NCBI GenBank assembly: GCA_002269645.1
Contig: NIVC01003718.1
Coordinates: 1-64,000, forward strand
Reading direction: 5' to 3'
Origin: Macrostomum lignano
Taxonomy: Eukaryota
DNA length: 64,000 bases
Both the position numbers and the translations under genes were made by a program. Positions 27,289 through 40,300 of this stretch are shown piece after piece (position 1 is the first letter of the stretch; each line of letters opens with the position of its first letter). The notes under the pieces are model-generated. The model searched no databases. It was given only the letters and a program-made list of their open reading frames with translations, and was not told where the DNA came from.

Positions 27289-28269
27289 GCTTGAATTGAT
27301 GAAGCGCAACACCAATTTCCGGCGCAACTGTTGCTTCACGCGGATTCTGTTTTAGACCAGCTTGTCTACAGGTATACCCCGGGCAACACCCCTCCCTCAA
27401 TCAGTTTCTGCCTTTCCTTTACAAAGTCTACCTGAACTGCACAGACAGCCACGGCAGCCACATCCAGCGCCAAGGCACCATCAGCTTGATGTCATCGATC
27501 CTCGAAGCTCTGGACGCAGACTGGTGGGGGTTGGTTGGTGTTCGTTGCTTCCCTCTTCCCCCGCTGCTGGCTTTCCCTGCCCCATCCCTCAGAGCGAAGA
27601 ACAGAGCCGGATTTCACTATAGACAGGACGCAACCAAACGCGGTTAGCGAAAGGTCGATCTATTGCCTGATCCTGCATGGCTGTTCTCCCTGTCCAGGCT
27701 AAAGTTCAGCGCCCGCGGAACACACGCGCAGCACACGACCCCACGTACACCACCCCCAACCCGCCGACCGCCGATATCCCATTCAAACCTCTGGGATGGT
27801 CAGAACGGAAAGGCCAAGCGTAACTCCGCCTAAAAGCAGAGATGTTGCAGATCCTTACGCGCAGCTCCAGCTCGCATTTGAACTTTGCATTCTTTTATTC
27901 TTGAACCGATGGCTTTTCTTGTCTATCAGGTGCTGCTTTGCCTCTTGGGGACATCGTAAGGTTTTGTATGGCAAAAGTTCTCTGAAAAAATGATATTTTC
28001 GACTAGAAGGGCGAAAAGTTTCAACACCTTGTCCATAGAAATTTGAGTTTTGACCATGCATAATATAATACGCTCGTACTTGTACTAATATAATATATAA
28101 TAGATTACACCTATTGTTGGGCAGACGTGCAACCGACAGCTCAGCCGCAGCTATTGCGCGGCGCATCTGAAGACTGCAATAAGGGATGCAGAATCAAGTG
28201 CATTGGAGCCCCCTACAGACTAAGAAGGTTAGTTAACAATATCCTACCTCTATAGCTCTAGCACTCCGA

Positions 28270-29590
28270 GATGTGATTCACAATGTGGAATCTATGATTC
28301 ACGATGTGGGATCTGTTGTTCACAACGTAGAATCTTTCTTTCACAACGTGGCAGTTGTGATTCCCGATGTAGCATTTGTGATTAACTGTTTAGTATCTGT
28401 GATTCACACTGTAGTATCTGTGACTCACACGGTAGTATCTGTGATTCCCACTGTAGTATATGTGATGCAAACTGTAGCATGTGTGATTCCCACCGTAGTA
28501 TATGTGATTCCCACTGTAGAATGTTATTCCCACTGTAGTATCTGTGATTCACATTGTAGTATCTGTGATTCCCACTGTACTATCTGTGATTCCCACTGTA
28601 GTATCTGTGATTCCCATTGTAGTATCTGTGATTCACACTGCAGTATCTGTGATTCCCATTGTAGTATCTGTGATTCACACTGCAGTATCTGTGATTCCCA
28701 TTGTAGTATCTGTGATTCCCACTGCAGTATCTGTGATTCCCACTGCAGTATCTGTGATTCCCACTGCAGTATCTGTGATTCCCACTGCAGTATCTGTGAT
28801 TCCCACTGCAGTATCTGTGATTCCCACTGCAGTATCTGTGATTCACATTGTAGTATCTGTGATTCCCACTGTACTATCTGTGATTCCCACTGTAGTATCT
28901 GTGATTCCCATTGTAGTATCTGTGATTCACACTGCAGTATCTGTGATTCCCATTGTAGTATCTGTGATTCCCACTGCAGTATCTGTGATTCCCACTGCAG
29001 TATCTGTGATTCCCACTGTAGTATCTGTGATTCCCACTGCAGTATCTGTGATTCCCACTGCAGTATCTGTGATTCACATTGTAGTATCTGTGATTCCCAC
29101 TGTAGTATCTGTGATTCACACTTTAGTATCTGTGATTCCACTGTAGTATCTGTGATTCACACTGTAGTAACTGTGATTCACACTTTAGTATCTGTGATTC
29201 ACACTTTAGTATCTGTGATTCACACTTTAGTATCTGTGATTCACACTGTAGTATCTGTGATTCACACTGTAGTATCTGTGATTCACACTTTAGTATCTGT
29301 GATTCACACTTTAGTATCTGTGATTCACACTGTAGTAACTGTGATTCACACTTTAGTATCTGTGATTCGCACTGTAGTATCTGTGATTCACACTTTAGTA
29401 TCTGTGATTCACACTGTAGTATCTGTGATTCACACTGTAGTAACTGTGATTCACACTGTAGTATCTGTGATTCACACTTTAGTATCTGTGATTCACACTT
29501 TAGTATCTGTGATTCACACTGTAGTATCTGTGATTCACACTGTAGTATCTGTGATTCACACTGTAGTATCTGTGATTCACACTTTGGATC
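28270..29590. repeat. 21-bp minisatellite
   Basis: Unit gtagtatctgtgattc(c/a)cact; source of the spurious CDSHCSI and WESQILQ ORFs. Confidence 0.96.
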
Positions 29591-30194
29591 TAGGTTTCAC
29601 ACTTTATTCACGTAAAAATTTTGCTTAATAGCATATTTGTTATGATTAAAAATTTTCACAAACGTCTTGCAATAAAAAATTTTTTTTTGCTTTCGTCAAT
29701 CCTGAACAAGAAATTTTGATTGACAATCAGAAATTTCATTTCTGGTAACCTGTCTTCCCGGAAATTAACGAATTTCTGTGTCCGGAAGAGAGCCAGGAGG
29801 TCGGACCTCGGCTTGCAGTGTTGCCAGGAACAAAGGAGCAAAAATCTGACAACTTGCATCGGAACAGCTGATAGAAAATTTCATAGTCTCATTCCGGGAA
29901 ACCATCACGGTTTGCGTGTGAAAGTGACTAGATAAGGCAAAACTGCCAGTCTGTCGGTTACACCTGTCAACTTCAATTAATCAAACTGAGGATGGTAACT
30001 TTCCGCTTTGGTTATTCCTGTACCACTTTCTCTCTCCTCTCTCTCCGAGCGGTTGCCTGCAATTAGCCAAGCAAGCATTGCTCAGGTAAAAAGTAGATAA
30101 AAGTTGCCTAGAGAGGGACAGCCTGGATGCTATCCACTTTTTGGTGGTGGGTACAATATAAAACTGAAGCTGCTCAAAAAAAATACTCCGTGAA

Positions 30195-30830
30195 TCTGTG
30201 AATCTCACTCTCTGTGAATCTCACTCTCTGTGAAGCTCTCTCTGTAAATCTCACTCTCTGTGAATCCCACTCTCTGTGAATCTCACTCTGTGATTCTCAC
30301 TCTCTGTGATTCTTACTCTCTGTGAATCTCACTCTCTGTGAATCTCACTCTCTGTGAATCTCACTCCTATGTGAATCTCACTCTGTGAATATCACTCTCT
30401 GTGAATCTCTGAATCTCACTCTCTGTGAATCTCACTCTCTGTGAATCTCACTCTGTGTGAATCTCACTCTCTGTGGATCTCACTCTCTGTGAATCTCACT
30501 CTCTGTGAATCTCACTCTGTGTGAATCTCACTCTCTGTGAATCTCACTCTCTGTGGATCTCACTCTCTGTGAATTTCACTCTGTGAATTTCACTCGTTAG
30601 AATTCATGTCACAGTTGAGGTCCCAGTATTTCCCAATTTCACTACTGATATCCCAGTATTTCACAATCTCACTACTGATATCCCAGTATTTCACAATCTC
30701 ACTACTGAGATCCCAGTATTTCACAATCTCACTACTGAGATCCCAGTATTTCACAATCTCACTACTGAGATCCCAGTATTTCACAATCTCACTACTGAGA
30801 TCCCAGTATTTCACAATCTCACTACTGAGA
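30195..30830. repeat. Adjacent 16-bp and 30-bp minisatellites
   Basis: ctcactctctgtgaat (30195-30595), followed by cccagtatttcacaatctcactactgagat (30615-30830). Confidence 0.92.
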
Positions 30831-31349
30831 ATCTTCATTCCTCAAATCTCGTTCCGAAGTATTTCAATCCTCAAAATCTCGCTCTTGAGAATTGTAAACA
30901 TCAAAATCCACTCCTGGAGAATATTTTTTGTTAAATCTCGTTTCTAAGAATTGCAATCTTAAAAATATCACTCCTGAGACCCTAGCCATGTGTTCGAATC
31001 TCTAGTTAGTTCACCGCTCGGAGCTCGTTAGACACAGACTGTCCTTAGCCAACCAACTCCCAGCCAGCATCCCAGAGTTTGAGTCGAAATTGCATCCAGC
31101 CAATACGACCGCTGCATCCCAAGGAAGGATGGGTTGACACTTGGGATAAAACCGCGGCAATCTTCACCGAGAAGACGCTGCTTCTTCTCCTCTAAAGCCT
31201 GAAATCTTCTTGAAGACTTTCTGTTTGCAACTCTTGCAGCAAATCAATTTCAAGGTAAAAGCTTTGGTTCCTGTCATGCACTAATAGCAAGTGCATACAA
31301 AAGGTTGACTCATATACCCACCGAATTTTCAGGCAAAAACTGTCAAAGC

Positions 31350-31924
31350 ATGAAGGTCGCCGCTATGATCGCTTTCATTGCTGTAGCAGCGTTGGTCACT
31401 GTTCAGCTCACAGGTTTGTTATACACGATCGATTGTTACTCGTGTTAAAATTGATTTGAATTTCTAAGAAACCAATCGGTTTCGTTGCATCTCAGACGCC
31501 TCCCTGGCCGAGGAGGGTCCGAACAGCCATCAGATGTTCCGCTTCAAGAAGGGATTTCACTTCTTCCGACTGCGCAAGTCTGCCGCCGCTGCCCAGGGCT
31601 GCATGATTAACGACAACGCCTTGGAAGGGATGGAGATGGTGGTTGTGAGTTAAAACTGCTTCATTTACCCTGTCAACCATTTATCAATCATAATGCAGCT
31701 TCTCGAGCGTCGTCAGAACTGTATCTATAAATCAAATTCTAAGGCTGTTTTAAAGGAACTGTCATGCCAGAGTTGTCAGACAGTAACTCTCCAGTAACTC
31801 AGTCAGTGCTAAACCGTAATCTTTCTTTTTCGTCGTTAATTTGCAGAAAGCGGCCCGTTCTGGAAAGCTGTGCAACCAGGACAAGCAGATGCTCAGGGTG
31901 TTCCTGGCCAGCTTGCTGCTGTGA
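31350..31924 (+). CDS. Secreted neuropeptide precursor, 96 aa, 3 coding exons
   Basis: Exons 31350-31413, 31496-31644 and 31847-31924, plus a 5' UTR intron at 31256-31332. Translation: MKVAAMIAFIAVAALVTVQLTDASLAEEGPNSHQMFRF-KK-GFHFFRL-RK-SAAAAQGCMINDNALEGMEMVVKAARSGKLCNQDKQMLRVFLASLLL. It has a hydrophobic signal peptide, dibasic sites and a two-Cys C-terminal peptide. It is absent from the ORF track because the exons are short. Confidence 0.85.
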
Positions 31925-32359
31925 GCCGGATCCGGCGCCTACTCCTGAGGGACCCGACTCAGTTATTAAATCATTCGGTTCTGCTGGGGTAACCATGACA
32001 GAATTGGCGCAGCCCAGCAAGACACGAATATAAAGGATTACCCTTACAATCAGTTAATACCATCTCGTGTGTCATGCTTTTAAATTGTTGACACAATTAT
32101 AAACTAAACGATCATGTTTAACTAAGAGGCTTTGAATAAATCTGAAAGTCAGTAAATTTCACTAATCAGTTAATCGAGGTCGCGCGGATCCAAAAAACTG
32201 TTAATAATTGATTCAATTCCAAAAAAATCTGTTGTCTTAATATTCTTAGTTCTTTTGATAAATAGTTTGTTTTCAAAATCTATTAATTGTTAGAAAGCTT
32301 TCTATGAAAATTGTATTAATCAGACTATATTCTGAACTAAAGTTTAGACAGGCAGGTTC

Positions 32360-32840
32360 GGTGAAGACTGAAGCTTGGAAAGACAGGGTTTGTGAAGGCT
32401 GAAGCTTGGAAAGACAGACTGAAGATTTGAAAGACAGACTGAAGCTTAAAAAGACAGGATTTGTGAAGACTGAAGCTTTGAAAGACAGGATTTGTGAAGA
32501 CTGAAGCTTTGAAAGACAGACTGAAGATTTGAAAGACAGACTGAAGCTTAAAAAGACAGGATTTGTGAAGACTGAAGCTTTAAAAGACAGACTGAATCTT
32601 TGAAAGACAGACTGAAGCTTAAAAAGACAGACTGAAGCTTAGAAAGACAGGATTGGTGAAGACTGAAGCTTAGAAAGACAGGTTTGGTGAAGACTGAAGC
32701 TTAGAAAGACAGACTGAAGCTTAGAAAGACAGGATTGGTGAAGACTGAAGCTTAGAAAGACAGGTTTGGTGAAGACTGAAGCTTAGAAGGACAGACTGAA
32801 GCTTAGAAAGACAGGATTGGTGAAGACTGAAGCTTAGAAA
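32360..32840. repeat. Mixed 20/33-bp minisatellite
   Basis: Units gactgaagcttagaaagaca and ggattggtgaagactgaagcttagaaagaca(g). Confidence 0.9.
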
Positions 32841-32928
32841 GTATTTATTTAATTTTGAAGGCCTGTCGATATTGTTTAAACAATCTGATACTTGTTATGT
32901 CAGTCACACCCTCTTAATCTCTAATTAA

Positions 32929-34831
32929 CAGTAGGAATACCAAGCCATTTTTCCGCCCGTCGAACTACCAAGAGGGGGGGAAAAATTTCCCCCCCCCTGA
33001 CAATTTTTTTTGCTGCGCCGGAACGGAGCAACGCAGGCACACGAAATTCAAGAACACGGGCTAACTTTTTGTTGCGCACCTTCTCAAACAAGAATCAAGT
33101 CGCCAGCCCTCCGGACCGTCGAGATATTCGACGATTCTTCCAGAAGGTCGGATTTTTCCCATAAGCGCTAGTGTATTCAGTACACCCCTGTGCGCCAATT
33201 AGCACTGCGCCTCAGTGCAGCCTTGCCAAGTCTCCAAATTTCATCAGCACGTCGACCAAATGTGTCTGCATCAGCTCTGACTTCGTTGGTTACTGGCCTT
33301 CACCGAGACGGAGCTTCTAGACCTTCAACAGGTGGCACCAGGTGACTATGAACACCTTGATGCGAATTTCTCGAGTTTCACCGATCAAGCCTCGACAGTA
33401 GGCAAGCCTCAACTGCCGGACACCCTCAGCTAGTCTCCTGAGCATTCCGTCATCATCCCGACGCCGTCAACTCCTTCAACAGATGACACCAAGTGACTAT
33501 GGACGTCCTTTTGCAACTATGTCAGGTCTTTCTTATTAAGCTTCAATAATGGGCAAACCTCAACCGACGGACATTGTCAGCTAGTCTCTCAAGCATTCCG
33601 TCATCATCCCGACGCCGTCGGCTCCTTCAACAGATGACACCAAGTGACTATGGACACCCTGATGCGAATTTCTCTAGTTTCGCCGATCAAGCCTCGACAG
33701 TAGGCAAGCCTCAACTGCCGGACACCCTCAGCTAGTCTCCTGAGCATTCCGTCATCATCCCGACGCCGTCAACTCCTTCAACAGATGACACCAAGTGACT
33801 ATGGACGTCTTTTTGCAACTATGTCAGGTCTTTCTTATTAAGCTTCAATAATGGGCAAACCTCAACCGACGGACATTGTCAGCTAGTCTCTCGAGCATTC
33901 CGTCATCATCCCGACGCCGTCGGCTCCTTCAACAGATGACACCAAGTGACTATGGACACCCTGATGCGAATTTCTCTAGTTTCGCCGATCAAGCCTCGAC
34001 AGTTGGCAAGCCTCAACTTCTGAAAACCCTCAGCTAGTCTCTCGAGCATTCCGTCATCACACCGACACCGTCGGCACCTTCAACAGGTGGCACCAGGGGA
34101 GTAAGGACACCTGAGCGTGATTTTTCATCATGCTCTTAACATTTCTGAAGCTCTCAGATTTTTTAAGCACGAACATTGCTATAGTTAAGCTTGAACTCAT
34201 GTTGCTGTATGTTTATATTATTATTACACATAATTTTATACATACGAGCTACATAGCTACATACATATTTTATTCGAAAGATTTCCGGCCACGAATTTGT
34301 TGTGCATGTCATCAGAAAATTGAAGGATATTTGAGGATAATGAAAAACTTTGTCATTGTTCTAGGATTTCTTGCGAATGTACAGTAGTAGCTATCATGCT
34401 TTTGCGCTAATTTTCGTTTTTTTATTATAATACTAGTGGCTACCTTTACTTGATCCTTAGTTTCATTTGCGTGCCAGTAAATTCAATCGGTTTTTTTCAT
34501 TTTTAAAAGCATAAACCTTTCTGCATAAAATTGGGTTCAATATTATAGTTGAATAAACTAAACAGCTTTTCGAATAAAATATGTATGTAGCTATGTAGCT
34601 CGTATGTATAAAAGTATGTGTAATAATAATATAAACATACAGCAACATGAGTTCAAGCTTAACTATAGCAATGTTCGTGCTTAAAAAATCTGAGAGCTTC
34701 AGAAATGTTAAGAGCATGATGAAAAATCACGCTCAGGTGTCCTTACTCCCATGGTGCCACCTGTTGAAGGTGCCAACGGTGTCGGTGTGATGACGGAATG
34801 CTCGAGAGACTAGCTGAGGGTTTTCAGAAGT
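32929..34831. mobile_element. Probable non-autonomous foldback (long inverted repeat) DNA element, truncated by the gap
   Basis: About 264 bp at 34016-34279 is the near-perfect reverse complement of 34568-34831, with a 288-bp spacer; the right arm runs into the N gap. The left arm contains 151-bp tandem repeats. The putative left end follows TTAA at 32925-32928, which is an inference. Confidence 0.6.
33390..34110. repeat. 151-bp tandem repeat with alternating A/B variants (302-bp dimer)
   Basis: tcagctagtctc recurs at 33426, 33577, 33728, 33879 and 34030. Confidence 0.93.
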
Positions 34832-35678
34832 NNNNNNNNNNNNNNNNNNNNNNNNNNNNNNNNNNNNNNNNNNNNNNNNNNNNNNNNNNNNNNNNNNNNN
34901 NNNNNNNNNNNNNNNNNNNNNNNNNNNNNNNNNNNNNNNNNNNNNNNNNNNNNNNNNNNNNNNNNNNNNNNNNNNNNNNNNNNNNNNNNNNNNNNNNNNN
35001 NNNNNNNNNNNNNNNNNNNNNNNNNNNNNNNNNNNNNNNNNNNNNNNNNNNNNNNNNNNNNNNNNNNNNNNNNNNNNNNNNNNNNNNNNNNNNNNNNNNN
35101 NNNNNNNNNNNNNNNNNNNNNNNNNNNNNNNNNNNNNNNNNNNNNNNNNNNNNNNNNNNNNNNNNNNNNNNNNNNNNNNNNNNNNNNNNNNNNNNNNNNN
35201 NNNNNNNNNNNNNNNNNNNNNNNNNNNNNNNNNNNNNNNNNNNNNNNNNNNNNNNNNNNNNNNNNNNNNNNNNNNNNNNNNNNNNNNNNNNNNNNNNNNN
35301 NNNNNNNNNNNNNNNNNNNNNNNNNNNNNNNNNNNNNNNNNNNNNNNNNNNNNNNNNNNNNNNNNNNNNNNNNNNNNNNNNNNNNNNNNNNNNNNNNNNN
35401 NNNNNNNNNNNNNNNNNNNNNNNNNNNNNNNNNNNNNNNNNNNNNNNNNNNNNNNNNNNNNNNNNNNNNNNNNNNNNNNNNNNNNNNNNNNNNNNNNNNN
35501 NNNNNNNNNNNNNNNNNNNNNNNNNNNNNNNNNNNNNNNNNNNNNNNNNNNNNNNNNNNNNNNNNNNNNNNNNNNNNNNNNNNNNNNNNNNNNNNNNNNN
35601 NNNNNNNNNNNNNNNNNNNNNNNNNNNNNNNNNNNNNNNNNNNNNNNNNNNNNNNNNNNNNNNNNNNNNNNNNNNNNN
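34832..35678. other. Assembly gap (847 N)
   Basis: Run of N. Confidence 1.
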
Positions 35679-36140
35679 TTGGCTAGGGTTTGGCTAGGGT
35701 TTGGTTAGGGTTTGGCTAGGGTTTGCTAGGGTTTGGTTAGGTTTGGTTAGGGTTTGGTTAGGGTTTGGATAGGTTTCGGTTAGGGTTTGGTTAGGGTTCG
35801 GTTAGGTTTTGGTTAGGGTTCGGTTAGGGTTTGGTTAGGGTTTGGTTAGGGTTTGGTTAGGGTTTGGTTAGGGTTTGGTTAGGATTTGGTTAGGATTTAG
35901 TTAGAGTTTGGTTAGGGTTTGGTTAGGGTTCGGTTAGGGTTTGGTTAGGGTTTGGTTAGGGTTTGGTTAGGGTTAGGGTTAAGGTTTGGTTAGGGTTTGG
36001 TTAGGGTTTGGTTAGGGTTTGGTTAGGGTTTTGTTAGGATTTGGTTAGGATTTAGTTAGAGTTTGGTTAGGGTTTGGTTAGGGTTTGGTTAGGGTTTTGT
36101 TAGGGTTTGGTTAGGGTTTGGTTAGGGTTTGGTTAGGGTC
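35679..36140 (+). repeat. Interstitial telomere-like 11-bp repeat (GGTTAGGGTTT)n
   Basis: Each unit contains TTAGGG; unique sequence continues to the right. Confidence 0.9.
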
Positions 36141-36874
36141 AAACTGGGCCAGTTAACAGCCGGAGACTCTATAGTTTTTTACTATTAAAGACCCCTTCAG
36201 CTTAGTTTTGAAAGAAATACTTTTTTATATTAATGAATTTTTTTCAAATTTATTGATGAAAAACTGCAATGCAGGCAAAATAAGAATATTCATATTTTTT
36301 CTGGCAAATTTATGGCCTAAAATTTATTATCCTCACTGGGTAAGGTAATATGATTATAACTCATGACAGACGATTCGCCACTATGAAATATGCTCATATC
36401 TAAGCTCTAGTTAGTTTTTCTTTTTGCATAAAAGACATGCACGGCGATCCAACATTAGCCTAATAATTGCTTGACCAAATTCAATGAAGTCCTGAGTTGA
36501 ACTCAAGCTTGTTTGCGAATGTGCTTTTCAAGGAAAAACAGAGAGGGTTATTATAATAGCTGGCTAATCGAAATTCAGCAGGTAAAAACGGATTAAGAGA
36601 AATTTTTATTTTTAGATGAATTGTCGGCTAATGCATTTCGCTTCCGTACCTGACAGAACCAAAAGGACTGTAGACCTCTGCTGGTGCTAATGCACTCCCA
36701 TGAGAGCCAGTTATTTGCACGGGTAGTGCCATGCATTACAGCTGCAAGGAAAATACGACAGGGTCAAAATAAGACTTTGAACAGTTAGAAGAAAGGTTTG
36801 GGGACTTCTGCGTGTCTTCTAAGGGAAGTTGCCAGGATTTTTGAGGGGTACCAGGCCGGGCTTTTGCACCAGAG

Positions 36875-37380
36875 GCTTCAGCACCAGGGCGCCAGCACCA
36901 GGGGTGCCAGCACCAGGGGCGCCAGCACCAGGGGCGCCAGCACCAGGGGCGCCAGCACCAGGGGCGCCAGCACCAGGGGCGCCAGCACCAGGGGCGCCAG
37001 CACCAGGGGCGCCAGCACCAGGGGCGCCAGCACCAGGGGCGCCAGCACCAGAGGCGCCAGCACCAGGGCGCTAGCACCAGGGGCTCCAGCAACAGGGGCA
37101 CCAGCAACAGGGGCGCCAGCAACAGGCCGTTTAGCATTATGGCCGGGGGCTTTAGCACCCAGAGGCTTTAGGTTTAGCACGTAGAGGCTTTAGGTTTAGC
37201 ACCCAGAGGCTTTAGTTTTAGCACCCAGAGATTTTAGGTTTAGCACCATAGGGGGCTTTTGGGTAGCACTAGGGGCTTTGGGTTTAGCACCAGGGGCTTT
37301 GGGTTTAGCACTAGGGGCTTTGGGTTTAACACCAGGGGCTTTAGCACCTGCAGCTAGGGGGCGCCAGCACCAGGGGCTGA
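36875..37380. repeat. 15-bp GC-rich minisatellite decaying into 20-bp variants
   Basis: Unit caccaggggcgccag. Confidence 0.92.
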
Positions 37381-40300
37381 GCCCAGCTTTTCTCCAATCG
37401 GCAAGCAATAAAAGTTTAGATTTAAATTGCACCCTTTGCAGCAGCTTTTGACACTCAATCAATAACGCAGCTGGTGATGCATGGTGGCGTTTTTAAATAA
37501 AAGGGTGCCTTTCAATTAATGTTATGCTCTCCAGTACTTCCTTGTACACGTATAATTAGAGGATCTAGCTCGATCTTCTCTCCCAAGAAAACTAGTTTTA
37601 TTTACCAACTGGATGATATTCGAGACCTAAAATATAAACTGCAGTATTCTGAATGAATTTACATGTAAAATTAAAGGTAATACTGTGCTGTGCTATTTTA
37701 TATTCCTTTCTTGGGTTGGTTCCTCTAGCTTGAAATTTGATATTCAGACAGAACACTTAATTCACCCGCATGATGGAACTTAATTTCCTACAACTGAGTA
37801 ATGGTATAGTCCATGATCTTTTCATCGGTATTTAAAGCGCCGTGTTGAATTATAAAAGTTTAAAGTAGATTCTTAAACTTCCAGCTTTTGAAAAATTAGT
37901 AGTTTTATCAGGCTTGGAAGTCTAAACTTTGTGAAGCTATTAGTAGGAGCTACATGTACATTTAAATACGACACATAGAAATTTACATCTATGATCTATA
38001 TGATTCCACATCGCTCGCAATTGATAAAATTTTGAGCTTATACTGTCTCATATATTTAATGAAAAAGCTAACTCTAGTTTGTTCTATTTTAATTTCTACG
38101 CAAGTATGCACTTTTGTTAAAGTGAGTCTTAAGGAGCAAAATTAAATGGGTAAAGTTCCTTCGAAACAATGTAAATAGTATTTTTAGACTTCACTGATTT
38201 CACTCTACTCTACTCCATTTCATCCATCACAGTTAATCGATATGAAACTGTCGATATAGTAAGCGGTTATCCATATGATATCTAAAAGTATTTGACGATG
38301 TATTATTAGCACAATCATTCCCGATCTACCAATAATAGATATGGTGGCCAATACAGTTAGTGTAAGAGAGACCAAGATGGCCACAACATTGAATCTCTAT
38401 TATATATATTTGGTATTTGATTTCTCTCTACCAATAATTAGCAACTTAATAGCTATTGTTACAATAATTATTATGCTTATTCAATCATATTCATAAATGC
38501 TATCTTACTAAAACAATAATATTAGATTTGAAACTAATTACCTATAACATAATACAAAAACTTTATTCTTTTTCTGTTTGTGCCAATTTATTTCCTATCA
38601 TTACATCTATAAAATCTATCACTATCAGTTTATCAAGAAACCATTGCTAGTGCCTAGTGGTAACAGTATACAAAAATTGGGATAAATATGCAACAAGGCT
38701 ACTTGCTTTATTTAGTATTATATATCTATATAGGTCAGGCTACAATAAAATCTAAAGCCAAATGGAATGGTTATAATGTAAACTACCCACTCTAATTAAT
38801 CCTATTACTAATAGGAGATAAGTGAAATATATAGATCTAATTATTTATTTTTATATTTAGAGCTATGGCCCTACACTCTGGATCATGTAATATATGCCCG
38901 AAAATTTAGACCTGCATTGGCCTTGCATGCCAAAAGTAGGCATGCACAGTTGGCATTCATCACTGCTAAGAAAATAAACCTGGCATGCACTTTATTGAAT
39001 CACACAGAAGAGTTATTGTAAAGAAGAAAAAGGTGAAAAAAGTTTATTTTAAGCATAAATTTCACACTTTCTGGGTTTTAAGCTTGTAAAAAGGCATTTA
39101 AACAAAGTTTTGTGCATATCATTTTTCCACTATAAATAGTGTCGCCTAAAAAGCAGAAAATTAACCAAATTACAGGTCTGTTATGCAATGAAAAAAGGTC
39201 ATTTATTGTTGCAACATTGGTGGAGTTTTAAGAATAGGTATACACTCAATATTTTTGGCATGCATTCATTTGTAACTATTGATTTTTGTTTAGGTATGCA
39301 CCCAGCATGATCCAGACTATGGCTATGGCCATCTTGGTATATGGCCATCTTGTTCATGTGCCATAAATACAATATACTTATATACAAGTTATATTATACT
39401 GCTAGCTAATACTAGTGCTAGCAGTAGCAATATTAGTGCTAATGCTTAGTTTAGATTCTAAATTGGAAATAGGCCTATCTTGCATTATTACTACTTATTA
39501 AGTTCTAAACTTAGGTCCATGGTAATATAAAAGCCAATCCCTACCCCAAAGGCTAAGCCAAAGCAAGGCATTAAGAATATCATATATTAATACAATTATG
39601 AATTATGAAAATTTAAGTCTAGGCTACTAGCTATATACATATATCAGTGTTAATGATCATATTATTTATATAGTTTGGATCATATAATGCTTTTAAGCTA
39701 AAAGAAAATTTAGCTTTTCTTGTAAACATCATTATGACTTATTTTTCCCATTTATCTATTGTTGTTATACTAAAGAAATATTCAAATAGGCATATTCAAA
39801 GTTTATATCAACTCTAGGCTCAAGTCCTAAAAAGCACTATAATTAGCTTGCTAGGCTTCATTCCTTAGAACACTTAATTGTAAGCCTTGTAGCCTTGACT
39901 AGCCTTGTTAAACTAAGGCTAGGGCCTAATATAATTAATTTAATATATGATCTAGACTAGATATAAACTAGGCTTATGCCAACTAGCTAGGCCAAAAACT
40001 ATTTAGAAGTAGGACATATTAAATCTTTTAAAATATTTAATATTTCAGTTTTTAGACAATTTTTTATAATATAAGATATAATTGAAATTTTGATATTTTA
40101 GTCTTTATTCATTTTGTAAGAGACCCTACTCCTGAATCAATGATGGTTATAGGGGGGAGGTGCAGAGGGTGCCCTCCCATAGAGTTAAATTTAAAAAAAA
40201 ATTAGATGGAAAATACCCTAGTATACATATACATAATATACATATATATTTACCTTAATAATCTATGCCCCTATTCAAAATTTTCTATAATTTAACCTAT

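Noticed and set aside
24875-29628. Repetitive ORFs such as LIASPTDCSS, CDSHCSI and WESQILQ
   Set aside because: They are translations of the 23-bp and 21-bp non-coding minisatellites. The + strand ORFs at 26641-27355 are antisense shadows of the Q-rich exon.
34798-35697. 299-aa ORF in the track
   Set aside because: It is an artefact of reading through the N gap.
35679-36140. True chromosome end
   Set aside because: The unit is 11 bp rather than pure TTAGGG, and unique sequence with genes continues for 28 kb beyond it.
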